Assembly: GCA_050084515.1 (NCBI GenBank)
Contig: CM114271.1
Span: 48,608,001-48,672,000, forward strand
DNA length: 64,000 bases
Reading direction: 5' to 3'
DNA from: Blasia pusilla
Lineage: Eukaryota
The position numbers and the translations under genes were made by a program. The notes under the pieces are model-generated. The model did no database searches, was not told the DNA's origin, and worked only from the letters and a program-made list of their open reading frames with translations. Shown here piece by piece: positions 38,061 to 52,092 of the stretch. Every line of letters starts with the position of its first letter. Position 1 is the first letter of the stretch.

Positions 38061-41000
38061 ATCTGCGGAAGCAAGTGGCACATTACTTGCATCTTCAGAA
38101 TCATCCGATGGTCCAGCACCACAGTCTAATGGATTACCGACAGGTGCCCTGTTTGAATTGGAGAAATGAAAAATTACTGAAATGCCCAGTTGTTTTGGTT
38201 GGTCATAATGTTTTGTATCATGTAGTTTATGTTTGCAATCATCATTCACAGCTGGGATGAACCAAGCTATGGAACAGTTGCACGTATTTTGGTTGATTGG
38301 CAGATGACCAAGAAGCAGAGGCTCTGACGCCTGCTAAAGTGGTGGAGATGCTGGACCGCTATATTGTTGGGCAAATGGAAGCTAAACGGGCTGTGGCTGT
38401 GGCTCTGCGTATGCGCTCACCAGCCTTGCTGCTGCCTCTTGTCTGATCCACTCCACAACTGGTGGGCTAATGTTGTGTGGGGCAAATGTTTGTATGATCT
38501 CTGCTGTATTTCAAACCCCTTAGGATTCAGTGGATCTTCACCTTGCTTTGACAGTGTGGATAGAAGACTTACGTTTGTGTAGGCCTATCCAGGAAGAGGG
38601 AAAAGGTTGTAGCAGAGGCACTTCTAGTGCCAGGACCATCTTACTGAAGTGACACAGTGATTGTTGTGGATAGATTTTGTTGTTAATAATCTGAGTGTGT
38701 TCCTGCAGCTCAAATATTTCTGGCTTCGAAAGTCCTTCCAACCTTCAATGTTTTCGTGTCTGAATTATGTATTCCTTTGGAAAGGAAATGCCTTGGACTT
38801 TTGGTTCAAGGCAACCCTACTCAAAGTTTGGTCTTAAGTTTGCTATGTTTGTGTAAGAATTTTTTTGGGTGTGTATTACATTGTGACAACCTGTTAAGCT
38901 GTTGGTGCATGAATGTGATTGTTGAATGGCCTGGAATATCTCAGCATGTCCAGAAACGGTCGAATCATTGGAAGTGAACTCTTATTGTTATCTTGGCTGT
39001 ACATGGTAACTGTCTTCTGGAGCAAGTGCTGTTGTTATGCTTTGAGGGCATTATTGTGGATGGCCATTGTTATGACTTTTTTCTCTGGGTTTCTCTGGAC
39101 AGGAAATAGATGGCGACGACATCGAATACCCACAGCATTACGAACTGAAATAGTTCCCAAGAATATTCTTATGATTGGTCCCACTGGTTGTGGGAAAACA
39201 GAAATAGCCCGGCGTTTAGCAAAGCTTGCATATGCTCCGTTTGTTAAGGTATGTTTGTCATAACTACGTATTTTTGTGGTTAGGTGAGGGTAGTTGTGTG
39301 AACCTTGTGTTTTTGAATCCTCATCAGTGCTAACAGAATTTTGTTGTTGTAGGTTGAAGCGACCAAGTTCACTGAAGTAGGATTTCATGGTCGAGATGTT
39401 GACCAAATTATCAGAGACCTAGTTGACAATGCTATACTGCTGCAGCGACAGAAGGTTGTATCTGGTTATGTGTCTCTTTGTGGTATCCAGAAATGGCCTT
39501 AGGTATTCAAGAGTGGCTTGAGCTCTTTGCTGTAAAGTTGGGCATAGATGATGCTGTTTAAGACTGTTTTTGACTCATCATGCAAACTGGTACTTTATCT
39601 CAATTTGTTGTGGAATTTCTTTGCAGGTAAGAACTAGAGTTGTGAAATTAGTTGAGCGCAACGTGGAAACTCGCATTCTAGATGTTCTACTTGGTGAACA
39701 ACACCCTGTGGAGGTGAATTCCATTGTCCACTACTTCAGATGGTTTTTGGGAGAGAATTTATGTCCTTACAGAAACAGTCTGTGGTATGTCATTTTACTT
39801 CTTGGAGAGTTGCCTCTTATTCTGACATGGCACTGTTCGTTTTAAAACCCAAGCAGGGGGAGGGTTCCGTACCAGATACAGTTGAAATGTTCAAGAAGCT
39901 TTACAGAGAGGGCGCGATGGACAATCGCAAAATTCAACTTGACATACCTGATGGACGGGCTCGCCTTCCTGTGGACATTGTCAGCGGTGGTGGTTTTGCT
40001 GTAAACGAGCTCATCTATCGGGTAAGATGGAATCAACTTCTGTGGTACGAGTGGGGATTGATTGTGCAAAGCAGCTCATGATAGTTCTTATGCGATGTGT
40101 TGGTTAGAACAGAGAAGAGTGCACAAGACCTCCTTTTACTTGAAAAAGAAGAAGTGAAGCTGTTTTGCTCTTCCTGTATGTCAATCTTTATGAAGATTTG
40201 TACGTGTTCTTTTCTACTAAAAGATTAAGACTACTGTGTTCTGCATTTATGAGCCAATTGTTTAGCTATTTTTTATGAGTATTGGGGAGTAAGGGCTTTT
40301 ACTTCTTGAGGTTTAATCTCTCGAAGTGGACTTTCTCCAGACATCGGAGGATAATAATCACTTTGTTTCCGGAGATGTACGTCATATTCAAGCACATGAA
40401 CTCTATTTTTCAATCTGGATATGAATCTTTGAGCAGATGGAGAAGGTATTCAAATCTCAAAAGATGGAGCGGCGGGAGATCACCATTGGTGAGGCAAGAC
40501 CTTTACTGACAGAGTCAGAAATGGAAAAACATCTTAATTCGGATAAAATTACTAAGGATGCAATTGAGGTGGGTGTTTATCTGATGTCTCTGCTGATTTG
40601 GACGTTTTGTCATGTGGCACATGTGGACTGAGAAAGTTGCCCGTCCAGTTCATGTTACTTGATGATGAAGGGTTGTAAATGATTATCCTATTGTCTGTAT
40701 GAGGTTACTTCAATGAATTCTTATATGGCTTCTCTGCCTTCTTTGTGGCAGCTTGCAGAATCAGATGGCATTGTCTTTATTGACGAGATTGACAAGATTG
40801 TGACAAGTAATGATTCTAGACATGGTGCTGATGCTAGTTCTGAAGGTGTCCAACGGGACCTGCTACCAATAATAGAGGGATGGTAAGTCCGTGGCTGATG
40901 TCCTCTGATTCTCAAACATCCCCCCCTTCCGAATGTTTGCTTTTGCAATTTGCATAGACTTTGGGTTTTGTATGCTTGGAGCATGCAAGGAAGGATTGCT

Positions 41001-42366
41001 ATTATGAATAAGCTAAAGCATTCCTTTTCAGAACCTCTGACATGGTTTGTGACTTGGAATATGTGCTTGATGCAGTACGGTGAGCACAAAGTATGGCAAC
41101 GTCAACACTGATCACATGCTTTTCATCTGCAGTGGTGCATTTCATGCCTGTAAACCAAGTGATATGTTAGCTGAGTTGCAAGGAAGGCTACCTATTCGTG
41201 TTGAGCTTAAGGGGCTTACTCGTGAGGTAAAAGATACTTGATCAGGCAGACTAGCTCTATGGGAACAAGTCAATTTTTGCTCATAGATTGGTACTCATTA
41301 AGGTTGCGTCGTCCACATTTTTTTCATCATCATAGTGACATGAAACTTGTGGAGCAGAAATTTTTGTGACACCTGATGACCGTCATGCTGTTGCAGGATC
41401 TGTATCGGATACTCACAGAACCTGAAACGAATATGATCAAACAGCAGCAATTGCTTATGAAAACTGAGAACATTGACCTGGTGTTCACAGATGAAGCAAT
41501 TGATGAACTTGCAGCTGTAGCAGCAGAGGTAAGATTAGGATGTATAATTTGTCTCTACACATAGCCCTGAATATGACACATGACCTTGGTTGCACATGTT
41601 AGTTAACCATGACATGCAAGGAAATGCTTGTGCTTTCAGGTGAAGAACTTCTAAGCTAACTCATTTTTTCCTGTCAATAACAGGTGAACAGGTATCTTGA
41701 TAATATTGGTGCAAGAAGACTACACACTGTAAGTTTCCGCATTAGCTATGTCAATACGGGATTGATGTGAGCTGTGCTGGATTGATTGATTAATATGAGA
41801 TGTAGATTGAACCTCTAAATTGTAAAAATCTTATCTGACTTATTGTTTAAAGAGGGTGGCCACTAAGGTATGGTTGTAAGCAAGACAGTATACTGCATTA
41901 ATTGATTAGACCGCTTACTGTGCACACCCCTGTTCAAGTAGTTTTAGTGTGCTTTCCACCTCAGTGTACCTTGTTTCCACCTTATTTTGGACTCTGAAAG
42001 ATATACCTGGTTGAGTGATTACAGGTGATTGAAAGAGTTGTCGAAGAGATAAGCTTCCATGCTCCTGAAAGAGCTGGACAGACCTACATAATTGATAAGG
42101 AGGTTTGTCCAGTCTCATGGCATTTTAAGTACTTGTAGTTTACCTCATGTGTGTTTATATAGGAGGTCTTCAGGTCTGCTCCTATCAGTAAATCATGTGC
42201 CAAATAACACGTATACCTCTGGTGCATGTAGCTACTTCATGCAGTGCTCTTGAGGTTTGTATTTGGTGGTACCTAATTTACAATGTAAACTTGATATGTG
42301 CAGAAAGTAAGAAATTCCATGGGTGATCTCCTTCAGAAGACTGATCTTTCAAAGTTCGTGCTGTAG
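38061..42366 (+). CDS. hslU: ATP-dependent protease ATPase subunit HslU/ClpY (organellar, probably mitochondrial); 5' coding exons unresolved
   Basis: Exons 38061-38143, 38304-38408, 39103-39248, 39353-39454, 39627-39713, 39857-40021, 40437-40568, 40752-40882, 41076-41226, 41397-41528, 41684-41728, 42025-42102 and 42304-42366 splice in frame. Motifs: [82 protein letters not shown] and terminal DLSKFVL. A further candidate exon lies at about 37141-37292. Confidence 0.95.
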
Positions 42367-42484
42367 TTGGAGTGTCATGTTACGATGTAAACTTGATATG
42401 TGCAGAAAGTAAGAAATTCCATGGGTGATCTCCTTCACAAGACTGATCTTTCAAAGTTCGTGCTGTAGTTGGAGTGTCATGTTA
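42280..42484 (+). repeat. 102-bp tandem duplication containing the last hslU exon and its splice acceptor
   Basis: tgcag-aaagtaagaaattcc...gtgctgtag occurs at 42299-42366 and 42401-42468. Confidence 0.95.
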
Positions 42485-44044
42485 TGCCAATACAATCTAG
42501 AGTAACACATGTGTTGATGACCAAATTTGGGTCATATAAAGCTTAATACCTGCCTCCTAGAATTCATTTGTGTATAAGGTAAAATGTAAATGAGGGATTT
42601 CACATTGCAGCATGCGGAATGAGTGCAGTTTGCTTTTATGAGAAATGTCCATTATGAAGTGTTGCTAGCAGGAGAGTTTTGGCATGTGAGTTGACCTTAC
42701 TCTCTGTGAGAAGTTGCAATTTGTGTGAGCCTAGGTACAGAAGACTGCATGTGAAATTTGGGAACCATCAGGTCGTCCTGCAAATATAATAAAGAAATTT
42801 GCAAGAAATCTGGATCTCTTGGCCTGAAGAGTCGCTTCTGGAAATGAGTTGGGATGAATTATTAGGTGGCGTGAAGGTTTGCCTTTTGACAATGCCTGCC
42901 TTATTGACTATACTCCTGACCACTACTCCTCTGCCTCATTGACACTGCTGTCATTTAGCTCACTCCACTAACTCATAATTAGTCATAAGAATTTAGATGT
43001 ACCTGTAGCAAGGGCTTAATGGTAAACCCTAAACCCTCCCAACCTAATGCAATGCAAGAATGGACAGTTGTCTTAATGAGTGCTCTGCAACATTAGGGCC
43101 ACTCATTTCTGGGTCTCGAGGTAGTCTTGTTTGGAGAAATTGCTAACTCTATTGGTATGGAAGAGGATTTTGTCGCCTTTCAGATGATGCTGAATATTAG
43201 TTTTAAAATAGTTCATTACTATTTAATTTCCACACATGTGGACCAGAGGGGTTTCCTTCCTACCCTGGACTTATCCATTATCCGAGAGAAACAAGAAGCC
43301 ATAGTAGCTTCCTCCATTTGCCCACAATCCTTTGGATTTGTTGCAATAGGTGTCATGTGTTCTCTTTGAATTCTGGATGTAAGACAGGTTGTATAGACTA
43401 CTAACATCTTGCAGGAGTGGTGATGGGTTCCAAACTTGCTTCCTTTTGAATGTAGAGAGATTTAACCCTAAGTTGCCCATCATGCCATTTATGGTGTTTT
43501 TGGATAGATTCTAGGAAGTAATTGTTTTGGAGGGTTAGGTTTTCGATAGCTTGATCATGGCATCAAGGTTCCTCCGAGGAAATGTATCTATCTTGATCAA
43601 ATATGTCGGTGTTGACCTGTTACTTCCGTCCAGTGCTAGACAAACCATTGCCATCGGCTTTTGTAACCAACCGATGGAACACATTGATTGCACTTATTCC
43701 ACTCCCACCTACGGCGACCAATCGAGTAGGGCATCTCAAACAACCTCCCATGGAAAAATCTGCTGGTTTCATACATGTTGGCCGGACGTCCACAAGAGGT
43801 CAATTTTGTCCATGGTCAGGTATAGGGTTTCTGATGAGGAACTTGTTTGGCTCTAGAATCTCTACCCGCTCTATTCTCTATGGCAAAGACTGGAAAAATT
43901 TGACAAGATGCTTTGTAAGATGTCATATTAAGCTCCTTGATTGCCCAATTGCACCTCGATCTGCTCGTCTACACAACCCACATTTTGAACCTATGGGTTT
44001 GTCATTGGTCGACTAGCCTAGCTGCCAGTAGTGACCCTTCACGA

Positions 44045-44118
44045 TGTCGCGCACATACACATTGTTGATCACAACACACAACACCGATTTTCCTAACACG
44101 CGGATAGATCCACACACC
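44045..44118 (-). repeat. Short degenerate remnant related to the Gypsy LTR 5' segment
   Basis: tgtcgcgcacatacacat...acaacaccgattttcctaacacgcggatagatccacaca resembles 5875-5956 plus 7230-7245. Confidence 0.55.
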
Positions 44119-44159
44119 TCTCCTCAAAATGCGGATCTCTCTCTCTCTCTCTCTCTCCC

Positions 44160-47100
44160 CGGAGATGACCCGTGAGATCAAATGGCTCACTGAGATTGAT
44201 CGCACCAAACTCTCGCCACTATGTCAGGAAAAAATGAGGCAGTGTGACAAGGAATGACTCCATGCAGTTGTCTCACATTCAACAGAGGTTATACCATATC
44301 TGGAAGTGGCATCCATCACCGGACGGTTCTCTGAACTAGAAGGAAAATGGGAAAGCTTTTAGGCCAACCAGATGTTGGCATGGAATACAATGATGTAGGC
44401 AGCAAAAGAAAAGCATGGATGCAAGATGGATACGAAGTGGAATTAGCTGGTCGCTTTGGAAAACATGCAATTGAAGAAGGAAATCCTTCAAAGAGGATAG
44501 AACTCGGCTTGGGAAAGCAATGCAAGAATGCAGTTTAAGCGGGAAGCAAATAGTAGGGCAAGTGGGCACACGACCACAACACAAATCACACAGGTTGCAA
44601 CACACGTAGCCAAAGAGGTAGCAAAGGAGGAAGCAGATAGGGTCCTAGAAATCCAGGATAGGAAAACCAGAGAACTCAATTTAGTTATCATGGGACTGCA
44701 CTTTTCCAAGGAAGAAGATTGTAATTCAGTTTTGCAAGAGAAGGTCTTCACAACTCTCGGGGTCACACCAACAGTCACCTTCACAGGGATCAGACTTGGG
44801 AAAGGAACATGGGACCGACCAGCACCAATGTTGGTACAATTTGATCCCTCACAACGGGGACCAGCGATGGAAACGAGGTTGGCCATCCTCAAGAAAGCGA
44901 TCTGGAAGGATCTGCTATCCGTATCTTCCCAGATCTGACCACCAAGCAAAGAGCAACACTCCCTATTGAAAGGGAGAAGGTTCTGGCTGCCAGCAACAAC
45001 GGTCTTTGGAAAGGCCACGACACCAGTACCTAGGAGAAACAAAAATATGCACCAACACGACAAACAGGAGGGGCAATGAGCGAAAACTCGGATTCCAACC
45101 AGGGAATTAGCAATTCTACAACTCGGAACCAAGACTTGGAGGTGACAAACCTCCATAACAAGACCTCCTTATAGGGAATGGAGGATGGGAAGGATATTAC
45201 CAACCCATCCATTCAAGCAATTTTTCACAATTGTGGAGGACCATTCTGGTCCAGAGGCAATGGCATTACATATTTGGGCACAAAATTGGACCTTATCTTT
45301 TTTGCTAAAACACGTGAACATGATTCCAACCGCATTCCCAACACAGAGGACTTCCAGGTTTTTGCTACCCACAACCCACTCACAAACAGCAAAAGCAAAG
45401 GACACGGTGGCCTGGCATGCTTGGTAGCACCATGGTTATAACCTTTTGTCTCCATAGCCGACATTGATGAGGAGAAACACTTCCTCTGGATCAAGGTCAA
45501 CAAAGAAGTGGGGTTATCGAAAGATCTCCTCATTGCTGTTTGCTACTTCAGTCCCACTGTGCTCAAAAGAGAATTTCCGTATGAGGCTCTCTCTACATCT
45601 ATTGAGCACCACATGCACTGGGGAAATATCCTCCTAGTAGGAGATTTCAACGGGAGAACGACCAACACTCAAGCTCCAATCTACATGTCAAACAACACCA
45701 ACATGGAAGGGATTGATACTCAATCGATTGATGGGTCTCTCAGAGAAGTATTCTTCCCACACATGCAGTGCAACTTTGTGGACAAGGAAAAAAGAGCCAA
45801 TGGAGAGAAACTTCTCCAACTTTTCTCAACACATTTTTTGGTACTCGCCAATAGCATGGCTATGTGGCCACAATCAGGAGGTCGCACTTCCATTGGACAC
45901 TCTGACTCCAACAGAGAAACCTCAATATCAGTGGTTGACTACCTGATTGGGGAAGTAGGTCCCTTTCAGGTAGGCGGGTAATATGGGCCCTCTGACTTCC
46001 TAGGGATAAAAGCGACCCCTAGGACCTCACCGTTGTTTCCTACACGGCTCGTCCAAAAACCTTTGTTTTTGAATGAGCACATCTAGTTGCCAATGTGCAG
46101 GTCACACCCGTTCTAGAATCTGATCATGAACCACTATACTTTGACATCATGGTCTCCAAAACCATCCCAGAGGCTGCAAAAAAATTAACCTTGCCGACCA
46201 AATGTCAATACACTTTCCTTCAGGAAAAGAAAGATGAACTCATCACACTCGTCAACAAGGCTTTGACAGAGTGCTCACCCACAGTGAACACGACTGAGTT
46301 CAGCGACATCCTACATCAATGTTGCAAAAAAGTCCTACCTTTCCAACTGTCTGGAGGCAAACACATTAGATCCACTTCTACCTTCTTCTCCCAAACCTGG
46401 TTTGACAAGGACTGCAAAGAGGCCCGCATGGAGCTAAATCACCGGCTGAGGGAGGATCCACACTCTCCACAAAGTCGATTGTTGCAGAAAACTTACAAAC
46501 GATTGGTACGTAGGAAGAAACAAAAATACATTGCCATCAAGATCACAGAGTTCACAGAACAGATGAAATACCAATCGGCCAAATTCTGGAGAATACTCAG
46601 GAATAGACAGAACATCATTCCACTCCAGGATCTACAGATCTGGACCACATATGGTACCCAACTATACCACTCCAACACTCCCGCTCCCACCGACCCCTGT
46701 CCGAATTGGCTTCAGGATCTACCGGACCTCTTCACCATTGACAATGTCACATCAGGAATCAAAAGGCTACATAACAAACCAGAGGATGTCCTGGGCTGCT
46801 AGGCTCGAATGTTCAAATTCGCAAGTGAGGCAATTGGCCCAACCCTCACCAGAATGTTCAATATTGCAGTTCAACAAGGCTTCCCACTAGAATGGCAAAT
46901 GAATAGGATCTACCCACTCTTCAAGGCTGGAGACCCAATGATACCATCCAACTACAGAATGATCATGGTGAGCTCCCTCATGGCCAAGTTGTATGGGCTA
47001 CTGCTGGAAAGGAAAATCAGCGATTGGGCTGAAGAAAAGAAGGTGCGAGCTAGAGGACAAGCAGGTTTCCGACACTCACATAGCACCCTGGATCACCTTC

Positions 47101-48818
47101 TCACACTCTGGGTACTGATTGAAGAAACTTCCAAGTCAATAATTGGTCACAAGCTCGGTAAATTGTTCTGCTGTTTTGTAGACTTCAAGAAGGCCTTTGA
47201 CACAGTCCCAAGGGCGCTCCTTTGGAAACGACTTGAAGAGTTGGGTGTCCCACCACAACAACTTACAGCAATCAAGGTCTTATATGCTCAGGTGTTTGCA
47301 CAGATTGCCACTAAGAGGGGCAGATCTGAAACTTTATCTTCCAACACCGGAGTCAAACAAGGATGCCCCCTCTCACCTACATTGTTTGGGCTCTACATTG
47401 ACGAACTTGAAGAGGTGCTTTGTGGAGTGAATGGAGATCCACCAGAGCTAGCACACTGCCTCATCCCCCAGCTCCTATATGCAGATGATATAGTTCTGAT
47501 GTCTAGAATAGCACATGGGCTCCAACTTTACCTGAATGCACTTTCAAGCTTCTACAACAAATCGGGCATGGAAGTCAACTTGCTGAAAACGAAGATAATT
47601 ATCTTTGGATCACAGCTCCCTACGGCGCAGCGGTCACACACTTTCACCTTCAGCCGGGGAATGAGAAGGGAGATCATTGGGATTGTGGGTGAGTACATAT
47701 ACTTCGGGATGCAACTCAAACCCAACAACCAATGGAGAGCCAATTGGAGTCGCAACAAGATCAATGCAGGCTTGAGGGATCTACACCTGCTACAATCCAA
47801 TTGCAGAAGAATGGAACTCTAGCATATTCCATAGAAACTCCATCTCTTATAAGCTATGGTGATCCCAACCACACTCTATGCATCTAAGGTGTGGGGCCCC
47901 AGCTCCAAGGCTTGGCCCCAGGGCCTTGAGGCCCCCCAGAAACTCTTCATGCGTCAGAGTTTGGGCATTAGGAAAACCACTCCCCACGACATTCTACTCG
48001 CTGAGTTTGGGGAGGTACCAATGGAGATCCATGCTGTTAAAAATCTGATCACATTTCTCCAACACCTTGAGGATATCTACGAGGACGATCCAAATCGTCT
48101 ATCCGCCAGGGCCTACGTGGTTTCAAAAAGTAGTGCCACCCTTGGGGCTAAAAATTGGTACTATGACTGCACGGAGTGGCTCATGAAATGGGGAATATCC
48201 ATCGGTGACCTACCTACGGCCACCCACCAGGACCATGCTGAACAATTACACAACAATTACATTGCCATCAACTAGGGCCGACACCAGCGTCTCTGGGAAA
48301 GCAGGGGGAATTCCTCTCACAAAAATGGTGAAAGAATGAGGTGCTACCACATCCTCATGAACAACTGCAGATCCATGCAGCAAGCCTCCTACATCTCTGA
48401 CCCCATTCCCACTAAGCTACGTCATATATTAGCGAGATTAAGATGTGGCTCTACTAACCAGGAGATTGAGAAAGGAAAATTCTCAGAGAAGAAAAGGGAG
48501 GACACATTATGTAGATTTTGCAAATCGGGGCTTGTTGATGATGAACATCACTACCTCTTCGACTACACCTTTCACGATCACATTAGGCTTGACTTCCCGG
48601 ATCTCTTTGTTCACCGAGCTCCCAAGGTCCTCCCGTTCATGACTAGACAGAATCAGACTCATATTGCTAAATTCTTGCATAGTTGTGTGAAGACCAGGGA
48701 CACTCAACTAGCTCTGAGGATCCCTTAGGCCCTCCCGGGTGCTTGCTCTCTCTCCAAAATTGTTGTTAAGTCTCAATACAAAGTCCCATGGCCCTGTGGG
48801 ATCCCCGTGGCCAATAAA

Positions 48819-48870
<52 letters not shown>
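44160..48870 (+). mobile_element. Non-LTR retrotransposon (LINE), near full-length and inactivated
   Basis: ORF1 remnant at about 44350-45170. ORF2 at about 45178-48728 has an APE endonuclease (LLVGDFNGR, VVDYL, SDHEP), RT (QAGFR, FVDFKKAFD, GVKQGCPLSP, LLYADD) and a C-terminal CRFC..EHH knuckle. Stops at 45439, 45979, 46800, 47820 and 48273. AATAAA near 48813 is followed by a (TC)n tail. Confidence 0.92.
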
Positions 48871-48874
<4 letters not shown>

Positions 48875-49549
48875 CCTCCCTACCTCATTCCGCTACTTGC
48901 AAAATTCAATGAAACAATAAGCAACGCTTTTTTGCACATGCTTTTGAATAAAAAAAAAAAACAAAATACGTGCATACAAACATCTCTACAAGCACTCTAG
49001 CAAGGAAGCTTGGTTTCCTACTTACATACAAAAAATTCCCTATGCCCCCTAAGTTGTTTTATATCACATGTGACACCTCAAGACAAGGTTACGCTCGTAT
49101 AACTTGCTAACTCTTTACATCGTCAACATGGTAGAACTCTACCCATCAACTAACTAAGATGTAACAATGGTATGAATTCGCAACTTAACTCATTAGAAAT
49201 AACATTATGTTTCCTAATCTTGTAGCGCCAAGGTATCATACCATCATAGTTTTCTTGGTGTAAAACGATCGTGTATCTTAAAACACACAAGCAATATGTT
49301 ATCAGTGTACACCCAAGTTTGATGAAGCCCCAAATAATGGTGCCACTAGCTTCCTCTAACAAAGAACGAATGCATGTAGCTCTTTCTCATGAGTAAGCCA
49401 TTTGTGTTCCGTATGTCTAAGCTTTGTGCTTTTGTACACTATAGGTATCCCTTCTTGCACCAACATTCTTGCAATAACATAGTCACCTTGAACAATTTGT
49501 CAAACGTCGGTAGCATTTGGAAGAGGGCCTTTTCAACACTTAATTTATT

Positions 49550-50100
49550 AGAGTTCACTAAAGAAAATAATCTTGTTCACAAATTCATCCATCTTAGGCA
49601 ATGAGTTTCACTTTGAGCAAAACTCATGCACATAAGTGCTTAGGGATCCTGCTTGCCTTAAATGCACAATTAAACTTCACACCATCCTGCAACTCTTGGT
49701 ACTCCATAGTGAATCGATTGCGATCAACTATTTCAACTCCTCCTAACTCAAAAAAAGAAACGATGCCTGAAAATATTCCTCGCGATGGACCGTCGATTAT
49801 TAGAGAGCATGATACTTCACGAACGTGATTGCCACTGTAACATTTTCCTCCTTGGCCCATTTCGCTTCAAAGTAAAGCTCGTGTTTGATGAGAAACTCCT
49901 TGACCTTAAGTGAACATCCCATTTTTGTAAATGGAATGGGAAATTTTGTCTTACAAAGTTTCTTGGTAGAGATAGATGCTCTATCCATCTCCAGTTTGGC
50001 AATCCAAATACTCTGTTGGATCATTTGTTCCGACATGATCTTCATGAGGCCCATCATTTGAACATAGAGAGCCGAGTCATTTGAATTTGGAATCAAAGGC
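49550..50100 (-). mobile_element. Probable decayed retrotransposon gag remnant
   Basis: Frameshifted ORFs with a gag-like pattern (KFPIPF...VKEFLIKHELYFEA...VAITFVKYHAL). No diagnostic catalytic motif. Confidence 0.4.
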
Positions 50101-51171
50101 CCCCCTAAGGATTCACATCTAGGATATCCTCATGCATAGAGCTTGATGGTGTGTTGGGAGCCCTAGTCTCCTTCTATAGCTCTTGGTCGGGTAAGGATTC
50201 GTCGCTTGGTCTTTGCTGTTTGTGTTGACATTTTAGTGAGATCCACCCATCTTCACCGTCTTCAAGCCTTGGTCTATTCAAATCCTTTCCTCGCCTCTTG
50301 CATCCCTCCTTAAGTACCCAAGCCTCAACTGCAACCTTATGTTCTCACAAGCGCCCATTCTCTACTTGCGACCCCGAGTTCATGTTCACCATTTTAGACT
50401 TCCATCCCGCATTCTATGGCTCACTCATTGTTTGTGAAACTCTAAGATGTTTCCATCCTAATAGGAGCTCACTAGAGTTTTGAAGTTCCACACCCTTGCG
50501 GGCTTGGTCATGAAGTTTGTTATAGATAATATCAATGGCTTTGTCAATTTTTTCCATCAAAATTATTTTGGAGTTTTGTTTTGATTTTTCGTAGCCAAAA
50601 TTTTCTATTATTTGTTTATTGTCCGATTGGGATTTTTTCACTCCCTAGTGCTATTTTTTAAAATTCAGGTATCCTAAGAACTCATCTACCTAGATACTTC
50701 CCTCATGTACGTATTTCCATATCTCTAAGGAGGGATGAGATTATCTAAGGAGATGCTCGGCATTTCTAGACATCATAGAACTACGCAAAGAGTATAACAT
50801 ATAGGTATAGGGGACAAACACGGATGAGAAAGGGATCCCGATAGAGGGGTTCAAGAGGAAGGGAGAAGTCGAGTAAGAATGGAATTAGACTCTTACAATT
50901 ATGGAAGGGAAGTCATGGGGTAAGATAGGAAGAAAAGAGAGAAATGGGAAAATAAGAGACTACTTCTACCACCTACGAAGGCAACTATGCCCCCCTATCA
51001 ATCAATAGATAATAGAGAGCTTTATTGATTTTAAGGGCTTCTCTTTGAGACAACAATATTTGCGATATTGTTGTCCACACATTCTTCGATCTACACATAA
51101 TGGAGAACAAACCTTAATCACAAATGGATATAATCATAAACACAACAATATCAATGGCTCATACTTGAAAG

Positions 51172-51329
51172 TACCCACAAGAACAAATACATATCCTACA
51201 TTCAACTATACAAACAATTTCTCACAGATCAATTGGCCTAGTTATGTCTCTACCCACAAGGACAAGTACATATCCGACATTCAACTATACAAACACTTTC
51301 TCACAGATCAATTGACCTAGTTATGTCTC
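51172..51329. repeat. ~79-bp tandem duplication
   Basis: tacccacaag.acaa.tacatatcc.acattcaactatacaaaca...ctagttatgtctc occurs twice. Confidence 0.9.
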
Positions 51330-52092
51330 GAGATTACTTGTATCTACTAAATGATGTGGTTGCCAATCCTACACATTACACTTAGTCTGTCAAGCTACTC
51401 AACATCCTGAAAGAAAATTCTGGAACTGATGCAACACTAAACAGAGAAATTAAAGAGTGAAAAGACGTGCAGATGATGACTTCAATCCTGAAGTTTTTAA
51501 GAACTCTCATGTCTGATAGGTGCAGCACAGAAGAGGAACTATGATGTCAAAGGCTCTGTGAAGAGCTTTCCCACCAAGCTTCTCACCCTTTATTTCTGAT
51601 CTTAAAAAGAGTGATGTTACAGGTTGATGATTGCTGGAGTTGGACTTCATGCTACTTAACTGAAGATACTACATTCACATGAAAGAGAGGCACATAATTG
51701 TAGAAACATACGTACATGAGAGTCTCTTCTCGGAGCACAGGGGGTGAGTTGACAAATTTTGGGTTGAATTTGTTTGCATAGGGGCCCATTTTCTAGGCTT
51801 CACTCACGAGCCACTTAAATAGGGGAGATCACATGACAGACAAGGGATTCAGAGCTGCCAAGCTTCTCCCACTTTACATTTTGACATATGTACAGGTTTT
51901 TGATGAATAATCCATTATTCCTAATAACACAGGCCATCTTGCTTGACTTGAAAATAGCCAATTCAAAAGGTGTCTACGGAAAGTCTCGAGGAAAGCAAGT
52001 ACCCAACACATCTCAATCCACAGTTACTGAAAGTCTGTCTCAGAAAATGACCGCAAACCCTGCAGAGGCTTGGACGAGAGATGCCAATCTCC

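Noticed and set aside
43024-43037. Plant telomeric repeat (aaaccct)2
   Set aside because: Only two units, too short to call an interstitial telomere.
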